Source of the DNA: Ophelia neglecta
Taxonomy: Eukaryota
Direction: 5' to 3'
Length of the DNA: 64,000 nt
Assembly (NCBI GenBank): GCA_965285935.1
Contig: OZ260666.1
Span: 22,754,001 to 22,818,000 of the forward strand
This document shows, one piece after another, positions 1 to 13,873 of this stretch. The first letter of the stretch is position 1. Each line of letters starts with the position of its first letter. The position numbers and the translations under genes are program-made. The notes beneath the pieces are model-generated. The model saw nothing but the letters and a program-made list of their open reading frames with translations. It did not search any database and had not been told where the DNA came from.

Positions 1-843
1 CTGTTTGAGCGGGCATTGTTCAGATTTTGTAAAAGCGGGTGCCTCGTTGAACGCAGTCTAAGCTTGTTAACTGCTAGGCTTGACTGTTCCGCCCGTCACG
101 CACGGCTGCCAAGCTGTTAAGCCCGCCTGGCACGGCGAATACAAAAGACAGTCGTTTTACAGTTTAACAGTTAACTTTTCACAATCCAGGGCTAATTCCA
201 CGTTAAGGTGACAATATATTTAGCTACATGATACGACATGTAGCTGGAAAAAAAAGGTTCTTTTTACACAAAATGCAAATGAAGTATCTACCTTATTTCC
301 AGATGGGATAGGTCTTATTCTAGCCGCATACATTTGTATTTCCAATGAATTTTCAAGAAGAAATGCCGTCACCCTGCATGACATTCAGTCATACTGACCA
401 GACACTAGTCTAGACCGCAACGTTGGACGACAGGTGCGGATCCAGCCTCCCCCTCCCCCCCCCCCCCCCCCAACCAATTATTTTTAAACTCTGAACAAGT
501 CCATCTCGGCTGGGAGGGACACCCCCAACAGGCGCCCTAAACATAGGCAACTAGACATATGAATGTAACTTCTGTGCTCCTCCCCCCCCCCCCCCCCCCC
601 CCGGAAATTCCTGGACGATGTAAAACTAGCAAACCTCAGATTCCGAATTTTTTGGTAAATCTGGCAGTAGTGTGATCAAATAATTAGCCATTAAATTACT
701 GATTCGTTCTGCGCTCTTCAATATCGTTTGCCTAATTTATTATAAAAATTACATTAAGTGTCATGATATTTATTGACATTAAATGACAGACGCAGTAGCC
801 TTAGTAGTATTATTTGCCTTAGTAGTATTATTTCTGATTGCAG

Positions 844-1686
844 GTTTTGGACTTTATTAACAATTGGCTGAAGATGGCGCTCAAAATTTACGTGTTGAGT
901 TGGCACCCGGTCGGTTGTAAGATCTACCGTTTCCTGTTTGTCACGTGTTACACGTACGCTTCGTGGGTAGTAGTAGCAGTCAGCGTAGAGCGGGTCATTG
1001 TCGTCTGGTTCCCTTTTCGCGCCAAGAGAGTCTGCACCAGACGTAACGCCATTCTGGCGGTTGTGTTGATTTCTCTGCCAATCGTTGCCATGTACACTTA
1101 TAACCTGTGGGCGTGGGATTTAGATGCTGAGAATAACTGTAATATCGCCCCCGACTATAATAATTTCCAGTCTTATATAGCACCTTGGCTTAACGGGGCT
1201 TTGTATAGCTACATTCCCTTTATTATTTTGGTTGTCTGCAACGCGGCAATTGTCGTCCAGTTGTCAAGGTCAAAGTCAAAACGGAAAGCTCTCGGAGAAG
1301 AACGCGGGGAACGTAAAAACAAAGATGCCCGGATCACGCGCACTGTCTGCCTCATCTGTCTGTTCTACCTGATCCTAACCACTCCTGTAGCCCTCTATTA
1401 CGTCATACAGTTTGCTGCGGGGCAGTTTATCTACCAAGGACCGGAAATGATGCTAGCGGAAGTGGTCATTCTCATATTTGCATTAGCCAATCACTCTATA
1501 AACATTTTTCTGTACATTTGCACATCTGAAACATTCCGCGGCGAATTATTAGCCATGGTTACGTGTAAGAGGAGAGGACGTTCTTCACATGACCATAAGA
1601 CGTCCGGAAAATCGAGCACTGAGTTGACCTCCGTCAGTAAGACTGTCAAGAGTACTGAAAGCGCAGTGCAGGAAATTGCGACCTAA
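844..1686 (+). CDS. Terminal coding exon of a class A (rhodopsin-like) peptide GPCR, FMRFamide/peptide-receptor-like; TM1 and most of TM2 lie in upstream exon(s) not identified
   Basis: ORF has the TM3 Cys (GCKIYRF), a DRY-equivalent (SVERVIVVWFPF), an ECL2 Cys, TM5 YIPF, TM6 LTTP, TM7 NHSINIFLY and a Ser/Thr-rich tail. Acceptor tttctgattgcag ends at 843, in phase with the ORF. Confidence 0.9.
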   Translation, partial: VLDFINNWLKMALKIYVLSWHPVGCKIYRFLFVTCYTYASWVVVAVSVERVIVVWFPFRAKRVCTRRNAILAVVLISLPIVAMYTYNLWAWDLDAENNCNIAPDYNNFQSYIAPWLNGALYSYIPFIILVVCNAAIVVQLSRSKSKRKALGEERGERKNKDARITRTVCLICLFYLILTTPVALYYVIQFAAGQFIYQGPEMMLAEVVILIFALANHSINIFLYICTSETFRGELLAMVTCKRRGRSSHDHKTSGKSSTELTSVSKTVKSTESAVQEIAT

Positions 1687-3036
1687 ATAGCTAGTAGTAT
1701 TGAAAGGATTGGGCAGGGGGGGGGATACTACTAGCCGTGAAGTCTAACCTAGTATTTATGCGTTTGCTATAAGAACTACGACTACTACAACTGTAGTGAT
1801 ATAAACCGACTTGCATACAGTAGACTGGTGGATTCTTATTCGATTCATTACCAATTCTGTTTTTACGTACACAGATGTTAGCTGAATTATATTGGGCGCA
1901 TAATCTGGTAAATGAAAAAGAAATAGATGTAAATTTAATCGTCGGTCGGTTAGAAAATATGTATTGCCGAAGAATATCACAGAAATACTTAAGTCGTGAG
2001 GTATTTTGGCCATAAATCAAGACGAGATGGCAAAATGAATCTGGATAAACCATATAATAGACACAATTGTAGGACATAATAAGGTTTTGGACTGTAAGAA
2101 AAGAAATTCATACCTTGTTTTCCCGGTCAACGGACATAAAAACCTTTATTGACAAGAGCCCAATTCCTATATCCGGTGGGCCATTCTGATATATCAGTGG
2201 TTTTGTAAACAACAGTATCATAAAATAAATGGCGAAAGGAAAAACGGCAAGGAACATTTTGATGTCTGTTTTCGAACGAACAATAGGTTACTTTTTCTAC
2301 GTACTTACTTATTATTATCTTAAACAAATGTGCGTTCCCGAATGTTTGACTTACAAGCTCCTACAAATATGTCATGCTATATTTATATTCGCTGTTGAAG
2401 TAGTGTACTCGGTTTTAGAGAATAGCTTCTAAATATATATCGTTAAGAGTTCTGTTTTGACATAGGCTATTCGGTGCTGTAAGGTAGTTCCTTAGACAAA
2501 TAAAACAAATACAGAAATCTACCATTTCATCGATAAGCAACACATGTTTCGCACAGTTCACTTTTTTGTTAAGCATTTCAAATTATCTTCAGTACCTCAA
2601 TTCCCAAATACCACAAACTCATAGATGAAAATAGAAAACAGATTTCTTATAGTATATTGGAATTCAGGTATAATTTCCTGCATTAGGCCTATAGGAATTT
2701 GTTTTTCACTGGGACAATGATTAACTTCACGCTTGGTTTAATTCCTATGATTTATTTTATAAATCCATGACACTACCCCTGCCTAGCTTGAACACTTACT
2801 TTATTAAAACAAATTATCTACAAGGTTATTCACGTGCGAGTTCCTCTTTGCATTTCACAATCATTAAGTTTTAATTTCAAAACTAACAATTATGCTGCAA
2901 GACAGTCAGGTCAGATTCGCAGAGAGATTACAAAAACTGACACGAAAACAAGAAGACAACATTATCATTTAATCAGATTTCTTCTTAATTTGTGTATAAT
3001 ACGTCAGTTCAATCGGGGAGGCACAGGGTACAGTTA

Positions 3037-3437
3037 GGGGCCGACCATTTAATGATGAAGTGGGGGGGGGGGGGGGGGGGATTTTATTTACAAAACAATT
3101 TTGTTTGCGTCCCCGAAAACAATATTTTTTTCCTCATAATTCCCATGCGAACATTTTTTTCTGTAAGTTCATTTATGTTACTTTTTTTGAGATATTATAT
3201 AAGACAAATTAACAAGATAATATTTCTTTATAGATTTGCCACAACATATAGTGCATAGTTTTTAGTGTAGCCATTTGGTGGATTTGGCCTTGCTTATCTA
3301 TTTCTCAATGTGCAAGCCAAACTTTTTTTTTCTCAAGTAGTGTGACAAACATTTTTTTGGCAAGAGCTGGCCAACAAACTTTTTTCTCTGAATTTTTCCC
3401 GCACCCCCCCCCCCTACATTATCAAATGGTCAGCCCC
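3037..3437. mobile_element. MITE with terminal inverted repeats and TA flanks
   Basis: Left ta|ggggccgaccatttaatgatg; right cattatcaaatggtcagcccc|ta. The ends are reverse-complementary and the interior is non-coding. Confidence 0.65.
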
Positions 3438-4639
3438 TATGTTAAATGCACCAGGAAAACTTGGGCATTATGGCACATTGTTCGTGGAAATAAAACACAA
3501 CATATTGTTTCTAAACAGTGTGATACATGTCTCTGAAAATATCACTGTGCAATGACGCCGCATATTGCAGTACCGGTAGTACATTTACATTACTTTCAGA
3601 TTTTGTGATTCCGTGAATCCGTGTTTCGGAATTATCCCATTTTTTCAAACTGGGAACTGGGAACGGGGACCCCCCTTACCTCATCTCAATGAATGTATTT
3701 TGAAGAATATTAATGGTTATAACTTATCTTTTTTGTATTATTTACACCAATTGATACCAATAACCCCCCCCCCTCCCCCACCCCCATCTCCTTCTCTCCC
3801 TCCCCTCCGAATTTACGCGGTTGCTATACAAATTGTACTGATTTTAAGACACAGATCTGGTTTATGGCCGACACGACCAATATAACCCTGTTTTTTATAA
3901 AATCAATCTTGTCTCCTTTGTTCAAATTCCGGAATAAACTGAAATAGACATTTTTTTTTTTGATATAGTGATTCTATTAACATAGTACATTTCATACCCA
4001 ATAAGCGGCTCGGCGCCGAGAGGACTTATATTGTGAACTAAATCTCCACTTTCCTGTTTTTTGTTTGTGTATAAAACGCGCCAAACGAGACACTCGATGA
4101 AGTCAATCAGTTGTATTTGACAAACTTCAGCGATCAGCAGTCTCCACGGCGCTCGCTGGCGCCCACAGTCTGCCTTAGCTTGTTACTTGGTTAACATATC
4201 GATATTACAGGTAAAAAGAAGCAGCCCATCTCTCTTGCTGCTCGCTCGACGACGTCTTGATAAAGGCCGAGAAGCTAGCACTTCCCTACGTTAACTCCGG
4301 CCTTTTTTTTTTTTTTTTTTTTTTTTTGATTGAAATGCATTTATTTTGGACGCCAGCTATAGAGTTTGCCGTTTGCTGGCCGCCCATTAGAGTAATAGTA
4401 TATATGACGTACAATATTAAATGTGAACAGAGCATTTTAGGAAACATTCGTAAAGTAAACAGCTGTATGAAGATCCATAGTGTAAATGATGTACAATGTC
4501 AGACAAGAAGAGTTTTGTTGCATATGTAACAATTTTTGATATAACAAGTGTTAGTATATGTATGTATGAAATATCCTTTGTAAATGTATGATTGACTCAG
4601 TGGTATTTTGTAGTGGTAAAGGATTTGATTGGTGGCATT

Positions 4640-5013
4640 GACCAGAATTAAATCTAAGACCAAAATGGCTACGTTTAAGACCAAATCATGTTGCCAAAAA
4701 CTCGGATTAGCAAATCAAGCCCGATTTAGCACTTAAATCATGATTAAATTCTTAATTTAGAGTGCAGACCGCTTCCGAAAGGGCTTTTGATTAAAAGCGG
4801 AGGCGCGGAGCCTTGCGGAGGTAAATTCCCAGATTAGAACAGAGCGCTAGACCTATTAAACCTGCTTCTAACCCTTTCCCTAACCCTTAAATTAAACATC
4901 AGATATAACTCTTGCCTTGCCGATGATTTTTTGCTTTTCTTCACTCAGAAATACCCATGACCTCCGCCTCCGCAGAGCCTCCGCGTTTAATCAATAGCCT
5001 CCGAAAGCGGGCC
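4640..5013. mobile_element. Partial copy of the ~240-bp GGGCCGGTTTC MITE family, interrupted by a nested element
   Basis: Matches 12910-13057 (aagaccaaaatggcta...gaccgcttcc...cgggcc) on both sides of the 4782-4999 insertion. Confidence 0.7.
4782..4999. mobile_element. 218-bp MITE with ~23-bp TIRs and an 8-bp target-site duplication (Merlin-like by GG termini and 8-bp TSD)
   Basis: TSD TCCGAAAG at 4774-4781 and 5000-5007. TIRs ggcttttgattaaaagcggaggc / gcctccgcgtttaatcaatagcc. Internal ctaaccc motifs. The superfamily call is inference. Confidence 0.8.
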
Positions 5014-5539
5014 CTGGTCTATAAAACTAGGTTACCTGGGCACAACGGGTAGCTTGTCTTTATTGTCAATAACATATCAGAGGCAACAACACAACCAATA
5101 TACAGTCTCTCAGCGGATGATTTTGTAATCTAGAAATGTACCTTTGGTTTTAATTTCCTCTTGGTGTAACTAAAAAGCTTAGACAGTATCTACAAGACAA
5201 ACAATTTCATGTTTAATTATCCTAGAGACATATGACATATTCAAATGTTGAAAATATATATTTGAAAAAATCTAAGAAACATCAGGAGGGGTAGTAATAA
5301 CTATGATTCCTTAGTGCAAATCGTCACCCCTTTTCTGTAGGTTACGTCACCGATAATATTGTATCGTAAAAAGGAAAGGGAGTGTTTATATTGCAAAGCA
5401 AAGGGTTGCGTAGTATTATAAAATAATACTCGAAAAAGGCGCCGAGTAGAATTCCTGAATAATTACAAAAAAAAAAAAATATTGAATTCATCTTGCACCG
5501 AGGCAGGATGAAGCTTTGTGGTGATTGGCCGCGGCAGTC

Positions 5540-6130
5540 TGGTGAATGCCCGCGCCCTTTCGCTACATATTCTGGTGATTGCCCGCGCCCATTCGCGTCA
5601 TTCTGGTGATTGTCCGCGAATTGTCCGCACCCATTCGCGGCATTCTGGTGATTGTCCGCGCCCATTCGCGGCATTACCGTGATAGTCCGCGCCCATTCGC
5701 GGCATTCTGGTGATTGTCCGCGCCCAGTCGCGGCATTCTGGTGATTGTCCGCGCCCATTCGCTGCATTCTGGTGATTGTCCGCGCCCATTCGCTGCATTC
5801 TGGTGATTGTCCGCGCCCATTTGCGGCATTCTGGTGATTGCCCGCGCCCAGTCGCGGCATTCTGGTGATTGTGCGCGCCCAGTCGCGGCATTCTGGTGAT
5901 TGTCCGCGCCCATTCGCGGCATTCTGGTGATTGTCCGCGCCCATTCGCTGCATTCTGGTGATTGTCCGCGCCCATTCGCGGCATTCTGGTGATTGCCCGC
6001 GCCCAGTCGCGGCATTCTGGTGATTGCCCCCGCCCAGTCGCGGCATACTGGTGATTGCCCCCGCCCAGTCGCGGCATACTGGTGATTGCTCCCGCCCAGT
6101 TGCGGCATACTGGTGATTGCCCCCGCCCTG
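5540..6130. repeat. 31-bp CpG-rich minisatellite (ATTCTGGTGATTGTCCGCGCCCATTCGCGGC), roughly 19 units
   Basis: The period is visible directly and explains the 31-aa periodic ORFs in three minus frames. Confidence 0.95.
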
Positions 6131-6499
6131 CTGCGACTTCTGATGCGTTTTTGCACCCTGCTGCGGTTTTGATGGTTGCCCGCGCTAAACTACCGCTAAC
6201 TTGATATATTTAGCCTGCGCCTTGCTGCGAATTTCTATTGACTGCAGCATTCTGATGAATGCGCACGGCAGTGTGCGTTATTTTAATTTTCTAGTACATG
6301 GCAATGTGTTATTCGTATTGTATCAACAGATATCTTCGTCTTTTTGTCTTTATCACAGACTAATTATAGTGCTTCATAATACGCTGGCCGCTTTATTCCA
6401 AAGAACATCGTAACTTCTGCTCATGATAATTATAATCCAAAGTAGTTTATTGGTCCTTGGGGAGAAACACATAATTACAAATATAAATGCAGCCAGGAT

Positions 6500-6930
6500 T
6501 AACATACTGAACTAACGTTATTTAAAATAAAAAGAATGATGGATTCAAGTTTGATATGTATATCTTTTTACCAATGAGAATTGGATGCCTATATACATTC
6601 CTAATAGTTGATTTTTCAAATAGATATATATGGAGAACAACAGTACAGATGCGACATGTCAGTTATACATTAAATGATAAGGAAATACAGTTTACATAGT
6701 AGGAATAATTCTAAGCAAAAAAATGAGAATAGCTACGAGAGGATAGTAATTGGGTTTATATTTGTTGCCATCACAAAAATTCTAGTGTCGTCTGCGAAAA
6801 GAATAGGAAACTAGGCTGACGAAACATTAAATATATCAGTAAGAAATGTAAAGGGCCCAAGATTGACCCGTGGGGAACGCCGCATGTAATAATTTTGGTG
6901 TCTGATTCAATAAATCAAAAGACACATAAT
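6500..6930 (-). mobile_element. Degraded CR1/L2-group LINE reverse-transcriptase fragment
   Basis: Minus-strand translation gives ITCGVPHGSILGP (about 6855-6892) and LFADDTRIF (about 6775-6802), the GVPQGS and (Y/F)ADD RT motifs, with stops and frameshifts. Confidence 0.8.
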
Positions 6931-9900
6931 GAGACTCGCTAGTTAAATGATGTTTGAGCCAGTCATGCGCAGTACACCGAAAACTGGAGAGGATAGTAAT
7001 TGGTAAACACTGTCTCGTGCCATGTTATTTTTCATCAAAGTAGTACATCTCTTTACCACAGTATCTGTGTAACTGCTTGAACGATGAGTAGTGCACTGCC
7101 TGGTTACTACTTCCCAATCGGCTGCTCGTAAACTTGAAATACAAAAATGTTCATTATACATTACAATAACGAATAAGTATTTGTGTAGCGTATAAAAGCA
7201 TTAACCAATTATCCCCGGCTCTTAATCAAAACAACTTCATAAAACGTATTATCAATTATTCTATAATATTTATTTATTTATGTATATAAGAAACCAGTGC
7301 AGGACATCCTGCTCATTGCAGCATAACTTTTCCAACATATTTATACCGCAAATGAAGGTTATTCAAAAGCCCAAAAAGTTTAGAAGTGTATTTTCCTTTT
7401 TGTTGTGGGTCACAGTTGTACGAATTGCGTAAAATAAAAAGGCCTTTCCGATGGGTTTTTTTTTTTAAATAGCGTGTCCGGGGTAGGGGGGGGGGGCAGG
7501 AGTATGTTTACAAACTCAAATCCGAGGGATCGGCGGGGGATACCTTAATGTAGAAGTGACGTCTCAGTGTTGAGATCGGGAGGCTGGGACCTTGTCAAGA
7601 ATTGTATGGTGCAGATGTGTATTTTCTTATGGTGCACCGCTGACTGGTAGGAATCAACGGCGCCAGTCTCAGACGGATATTTTCCTGGCTGAATTGCATA
7701 TGGACGGGAATTGGGTAAAAAGTATAGACGAACCATTTTCTAGGCGCTGGGCGCACCTACTTACAATTTATTGTGCACCAAACCTAATTTACGATAACAT
7801 TGTGTGTACGGATATCGATCGATATCAGCGGCCATGACACTAGTGCATGGCCCTCTGGTGGCGGTGTCGGGGAGTTGCCAGCAGAGGGCGCCTAATCCAT
7901 GTACCTTTTAATCGCAAGTACGTCTGTAAATACAATATTTACGGTCTTCAAAACTGCATACTAGCTCTGCCGTACTAAAGGTCAAATCTTTCTTAAAAGT
8001 ACGGCTATATTTGCACGAGAATACTGTTATTTGGTTTATGGTTGTATGCATGATGTGGCGTAAGAAAGTGTCACCTTTTCCCCCTTTAGGAGTAGAAAAC
8101 AGAAGGTGTATAATATTTACACCCCAGGGTATAACATTTACACCCCAGGGTATAAAATCACCACCCAAGTGCTATCAAATTCACCACGCCATAACCTACC
8201 CCCTTTGGAGGGAGAAAAAGTTACCTCAAAAGGGGTATGTTTGTTATACCTCCAGCCCGTGACAGACCTCCCTCTTCCAGCAGTGGTAGACCGAGCACAG
8301 TGATTTATATTGATTACACCCGAATAAAAATCCCTGAAATAAACCTTCATTTACTAAAAGAAGTCCCTTGTGGTTGCATCCCGCAAATCGTTACATTATC
8401 TCTTACGACCGTGTATTTTAGTAGCGTTTAACATAAAAAGGTGATGGTTTTTCATACACCGAGCTGCCGAGCCCGTGAAAAACGACCCTCTTTCAGGAGT
8501 GATAGATGGAGCACCACGATTCGTCATTACCGCACACAAAACCGTCATTACTCTTCTTCATAAAATAGCTGTATGGATGCAACTCTTTATTTGTTGTGTC
8601 AAAAATGTCACCGTACAATACGTACATCTTTTCACCTATTTACCTTTATTTCCACAACATTTTTGAATGATTTATAGATGCACCGACAAATCGATTGGAT
8701 ATTGCCTAATTAAGTAGTACATCGAGTACAACAAAACGAACGTTGCGGACATACAGTTCAGCACAAACTGACATGCTGTCAATATACCCAACAAATCTAA
8801 TACATCTAGGATTGAAATAATATTTGGGCAAGAGTACTCCAATATAAATTGCATAACAATAAAATATTTCGTTTGGTATTTTACGTTTAAAAACGCAAAG
8901 GTGATAGCTAGGCCCATTCTTAAGCCATAATAGGTCAAGCTGTGTTGAATTTATGTCTATGCCTACACTCATAATAAATCCTCCGTTGTTTTAACATGAA
9001 TAATTATTGTGGGAAGTATAAGAAATAACCTCGTGCATGGGACAGTCTCCTAGCTATATATGGTACCGATTTAAGCCTTTCGTACATGGACGTTCATATA
9101 TACAGTATGTCTATTTAGGGCAGGCTACTACTTCAGCATTCTTTAACTGCTACACTGCAACAAACTATTTAAAACGGATGTTGATAGATTTGATCGATAT
9201 GGCACGGCTGATCGTAACGCTTTATTATCGCCCATTGCCGACAGAAGGGGGGACAATTTGAAAAAGGGTATGATAATATGTCTCTTTAAGGGGGCAAAGT
9301 ATCATGATCCTAATCATAGCTCAAAAGTGTCACGAGGGCAAAAAATCCATGATAAAGTGTCGCGCGACAGTTAGGTATGGGGATCATAATCTACTGCACA
9401 ATGACCAACATGGCGAGCGATATTTTACAAAAAAACATGACACAAACACGAAGAACACCTGTCAGTTGTACGTCAGTCTTACATTCCATGTAAGAGTGTA
9501 TCAGATGGGGTACTTTTTGTGAAGGTGGTGTCGGTGGGGGGTGGGGAGTGGTATTGTGAAAAGGCTTGTCCGGGAGGTGGGTTTATCACAAGAAAGTTTG
9601 TGCTGGCGACGGTGGATCTTTGGCCAAGGTTTGTGCAGTCGGTGGACGAGGGGGCGGGGGGGGGGGGGGTTCGGAAAAGCCCCCCCCCCCCCCCCCCCGG
9701 AGGACAGTTTCTGGAACAGCCCTAACTCAAAGGCGGTTGAGTTGAAATTTTACAAGGGACATTCAAACTTTCCTCCAAACCCTTATTAAAACTAATCCAT
9801 AAAGTTGCTTATCGCTTCGCAATTTTGCTTGCTGCCAAGGAGCCATCCCTTTTTGTCAGGCACTAAAAAAGTTGGCCAAAAGAATGCAGCACTTGCCAAA

Positions 9901-10188
9901 TAAGGAACATGTCTGGATACAAGGTAATGTTAACGATGCCAGGGGAGTAGTATTAGCAATACATTGCTAGGGGGGCACACGATAGTGTGATGAACTGAAT
10001 AGTTGATTTAATTTTGTTGATCTAGTATTTGTGAACATACCCTGGTCACATCGCGCCCCTGTGTATTCTGGCAAACACTCGCAGAAATATCCCACTGACA
10101 GCAGACGACACACTCCATTAACACAGGGGTTGGATTGGCATTCGTTAGTATAACCTGGGAAAAGAAATGATAATAAAGGGTAAAAATC

Positions 10189-10321
10189 ACCGCGCGATAA
10201 GTAGTATAGAGTTATATCGTTAAATACCGCGCAGAAAGTAGTATAGAGTAATATCGTTAAATACCGCGCAGAAAGTAGTATAGAGTAATTTCGTTAAAAA
10301 CCGCGCAGAAAGTAGTATAGA
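10189..10321. repeat. 37-bp tandem repeat, ~3.5 copies
   Basis: accgcgcagaaagtagtatagagtaatatcgttaaat recurs at 10189, 10226, 10263 and 10300. Confidence 0.9.
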
Positions 10322-10583
10322 ATCATGCTCATCGTGTAATACCACTCAATAAGTAGCAGTAGGCCCGAAATTGGTCTTTAATAGGATAGGATTTATACAT
10401 TGCTTCATAAAAAACGGACATATTTCAAACTCGGTCTATAACTAAATGACCTATTAATTACAAAATCGAACAATTAAGGTAATGGACACCTAGCAGACAA
10501 AACAAGTCGTAAATTAAGATATCTTAAATAACGGTCCAATATCAACAAGTTCTGACACCTCAGGCTCCACACACCAATCCCCA

Positions 10584-10822
10584 GGGCCGGTTTCTGGGAG
10601 CGGTCTATTGTCTTGGGATTAGATTAGGGTCTATTACAGATTAGCTAAGTCCACTTTAACAATTGTTTCCATTGAGCAGGATTAAGTTTAGGACCAAAAT
10701 AGCCAGGTTTAAGACCAAAACTCGCTTACACGAACATCAATTAGCAAGTTAAAGCCAATTAAGCTCTAAATGCTGGTTTAAATCCGATTAAGTCTAAAGA
10801 CCTCTTTACAGAAACCGGGCCC
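10584..10822. mobile_element. ~240-bp MITE (GGGCCGGTTTCTG...CAGAAACCGGGCC), PIF/Harbinger-like
   Basis: TIRs at both ends; homologous along its length to 12820-13056; CWG-like flanks. Confidence 0.75.
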
Positions 10823-11328
10823 ACTTCCCTGTATGTAAATTGAGTAGATATCACTTGCGGTGTGAAGTGCTCAATAGTTTATTATGATTGGAGTCATATC
10901 ACAAAAAAAAACAAGCGGGTGGTCAAGGTTGGACAAAACATGAAAAATGGCGCGTCAATAAAACATTAAATATGCATGCGAGTCGCGTCAATAGCTCCAT
11001 GTTTACTTGTTCCTTCAAAACTAGGTACATGTAGTAGTAATTCCATAAAACATATTTGACGTAATGTTTATAATGTGGCATTAAGTTCTATGTTAACGGA
11101 CTGTAATTTATCTATGACCGCAGTTTATAAAACAGACCTATTTACGAAACCGTTTACTGATTAAATACATTGTAAAAAACAATGTCCATTGAGTCCATTT
11201 TACTACAGTATCGATTTATTATGGAAACTGTTCGTTTCGTAGGAAAGTATTTTTTTATCGCTATATCTTACTACTGAGGCTATGCACGATCACAACAGAG
11301 CTAAATTTAAATAAAATAAGTGTATATA

Positions 11329-11506
11329 CAGGGAAACCTGCCTTAAAGACCACCTCTATAATCAGACCACCTGTCAATTCAGACCACCGATATGAGGATC
11401 GTGCTGTATACTTTCAATGTTAAATAACCTGTTTAAGCAGACCTCCTCTGAAATCAGACCAGTATTTTCCGGTCCCTTTGGTGGTCTTAATTTACAGATT
11501 TCACTG
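11329..11506. mobile_element. Tc1/mariner-pogo-type MITE (TA|CAGTGAAACCTG...CAGGTTTCACTG|TA family), followed by a partial second copy to ~11615
   Basis: TA flanks, TIRs and internal AGACCAC repeats; same family as 15303, 15683 and 17330. Confidence 0.8.
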
Positions 11507-12819
11507 TATTTACAGACCACTGTATTTAAAGACCACCTCCATATTCAGACCATCTGGAAATTAAGACCACTTAATGCATACTTTTGATGTAAAACAACCT
11601 GTCTAAACAGACCAACCCCATATTTATATCGACTTACTGATGTGACAGTAGTCCCCGGTCCATCCTACAGGGCAGTCCACACATCTGTAATGTCCATTGA
11701 CAGATGAACAGGATCCACCATTCATACAGGCACGGTCATTAAAACAGACATCTGGAAATATATAAGAAAGATACACTTATATTATATATATAACCCATGC
11801 AATAGACTTTGATTAACAAAATAAAAAGACATATCTATGACTTGCTGAAAGTATTTGTACCAGTGAAGAAGTAGATTTGGAGAGAGGAGGTAAGCGCTCA
11901 CTCACAGACCCGCATACATTATTTAAAGTCACGTATGTGTCATCATCAAACATGTTGCGAGTTGACGAAGAAAATTGCCCATAAAATGAAATAAATTACA
12001 TAATTATCAGGAAAGCTTAATAATGAACTGTTAAGGGAAAGAATGACGCAAACACGCCTTCCTTGAACGAGCTTGCCCCATAAGATAAGACGAAAGATTA
12101 TTCTTCATACAACCCCATAGAGGTATCAAAGACGACAGTAAATCTTATAATATATAAAGTAAAATACAGCAGATGTGGATGGATAGAAGGAAAAAAGCAC
12201 AAGCATTTGATAAAAGTAGTTGTTAAACTCCTGCTTAAGAAAAGTTTCTGTCTTTCAGACACAATGGGAACCTTGTTGGATATGGTTGTGCTATGTTAAC
12301 TTGGTCACGTGACAAAATATTTCGAGGTTAGCTCAAGTAGTGGTGTACGCCATGATTTATCATAGAGTGACATAACGTCACTGTTATTCTTACATCCGGT
12401 TTATTTATACCATCTATGCTTTATTAACTAATCACGTGTTAGTCTGACTACTTACTTCCTTTATGGAGGCCAAGACCCAGGCCAAGGCCCAAGGCTACGG
12501 GCACAATCACGATCGCGACTATGCCCAATATAATCCAAATGATATAGCTGGAAAGATATAAAATCAAAATCAATTTTCAAAAATCTGTGCGTCGTAACAC
12601 TAGAAAAGAAATAAAATGTTCAATATTTTATAATTTTTTTGTAGCGCTGAATTATGTATATATTTATACATCTACAAACATGCATGTGCAATGAAATAAG
12701 TAAAAACGTATGACACTAACATACAAAATTAGTAAAACAAAAATATTGCAAAAACAAACAAAATTGTATTGGCTTGCACAATAGGTAATAAGATATATAG
12801 AGCCAAATGAAATATCCTG

Positions 12820-13056
12820 GGGCCGGTTTCTGGAAGGGGTCTTACGTTTTGGGATTAGATTAGCCTAAGACCGATTAGCTGAGGCCATGTTAAGCAGTGT
12901 TACCACTGACCAAGATGAAGTTTAAGACCAAAATGGCTAGGTTTAAGACCTAATCCAGCTTCCAGAAACCTCGATTAGTGAGTTAAGACCGATTAAGCAC
13001 TTTAATCCTGATTTTAATCCGAGTTTAGAGTTAAGACCGCTTCCAGAAACCGGGCC
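12820..13056. mobile_element. ~240-bp MITE, same family as 10584-10822
   Basis: ctg|gggccggtttctggaag ... cttccagaaaccgggcc|cag. Confidence 0.8.
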
Positions 13057-13500
13057 CAGGTTGTTACAAAATAAGTACAGACTTACTAAATAAGGCAAGT
13101 ATATGCAACAAGCTTAGACACAATATACATGTACTGTATATGCAATATGTTTTATGCAGAGATGCTTGTTTTTGCCAATAATAACATATTTATAATAATG
13201 ATAAACAAAAGAAAACATTAAAAATAAACACGTTGGCAGGGGATGTTCCATTTATCTTGTCGGAGACACAATACTTTTTTTTTCAATAGTTACATATCCA
13301 TGTTATAACCTGGGGGTCATTTGAATAAAGCAAGTTTATACATATTTGTTATTATCAAGGACAGACTGTCTTTCTCTAGGTGCTTCAAGTTGCCCGGATG
13401 AATATAAAATGAGTCGCGTCCTCCACTCTCTGATTATTAATGTTTGTTACTATGAAAGGTTGGGACGTTAATCCCTATGTTAACGGTTACAAAACCCAAG

Positions 13501-13750
13501 CAGGCGTCTACACTAAATTTTCTCAGCACCTCCCCTGAGGGCAAGTAGCACATGGAAACTACTTGCCCGCACCATAAGCTTACTGTTCCAAAAATATTTG
13601 TACATATAAAATATACAAGATATCCAAAAATCGGCGATTTGGGGAATTTTAGCAGGTTGCCCGGCGGGAAGTTAGTAACTAAAATGTTTGTGCCCGCGAG
13701 CCGATTTGAGGTGCCCTGGGACGTCGGGCAATAGTTAGTGTAGACCCCTG
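13501..13750. mobile_element. hAT-like MITE
   Basis: TIRs caggcgtctacactaa / ttagtgtagacccctg; internal gggcaagta/tacttgccc palindromic motifs; no clean TSD. Confidence 0.65.
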
Positions 13751-13873
13751 GCCAAGTATAGGAAATCTATCGGTTTTTATACATAATACATCTTACAGCA
13801 TTTAATTAAAAACAATGTTCCCACCAAGCAGCGGCATTAACACATTTGTCTCGAGATACGGTGACTATCGAGG

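Noticed and set aside
5342-6156. Three long minus-strand ORFs (159-234 aa)
   Set aside because: Translations of a stop-free 31-bp tandem repeat; the same peptide appears in all three frames.
11700-11900. Isolated splice-like signals (tgacag|atg..., gag|gtaagc)
   Set aside because: No coherent reading frame or link to a gene.
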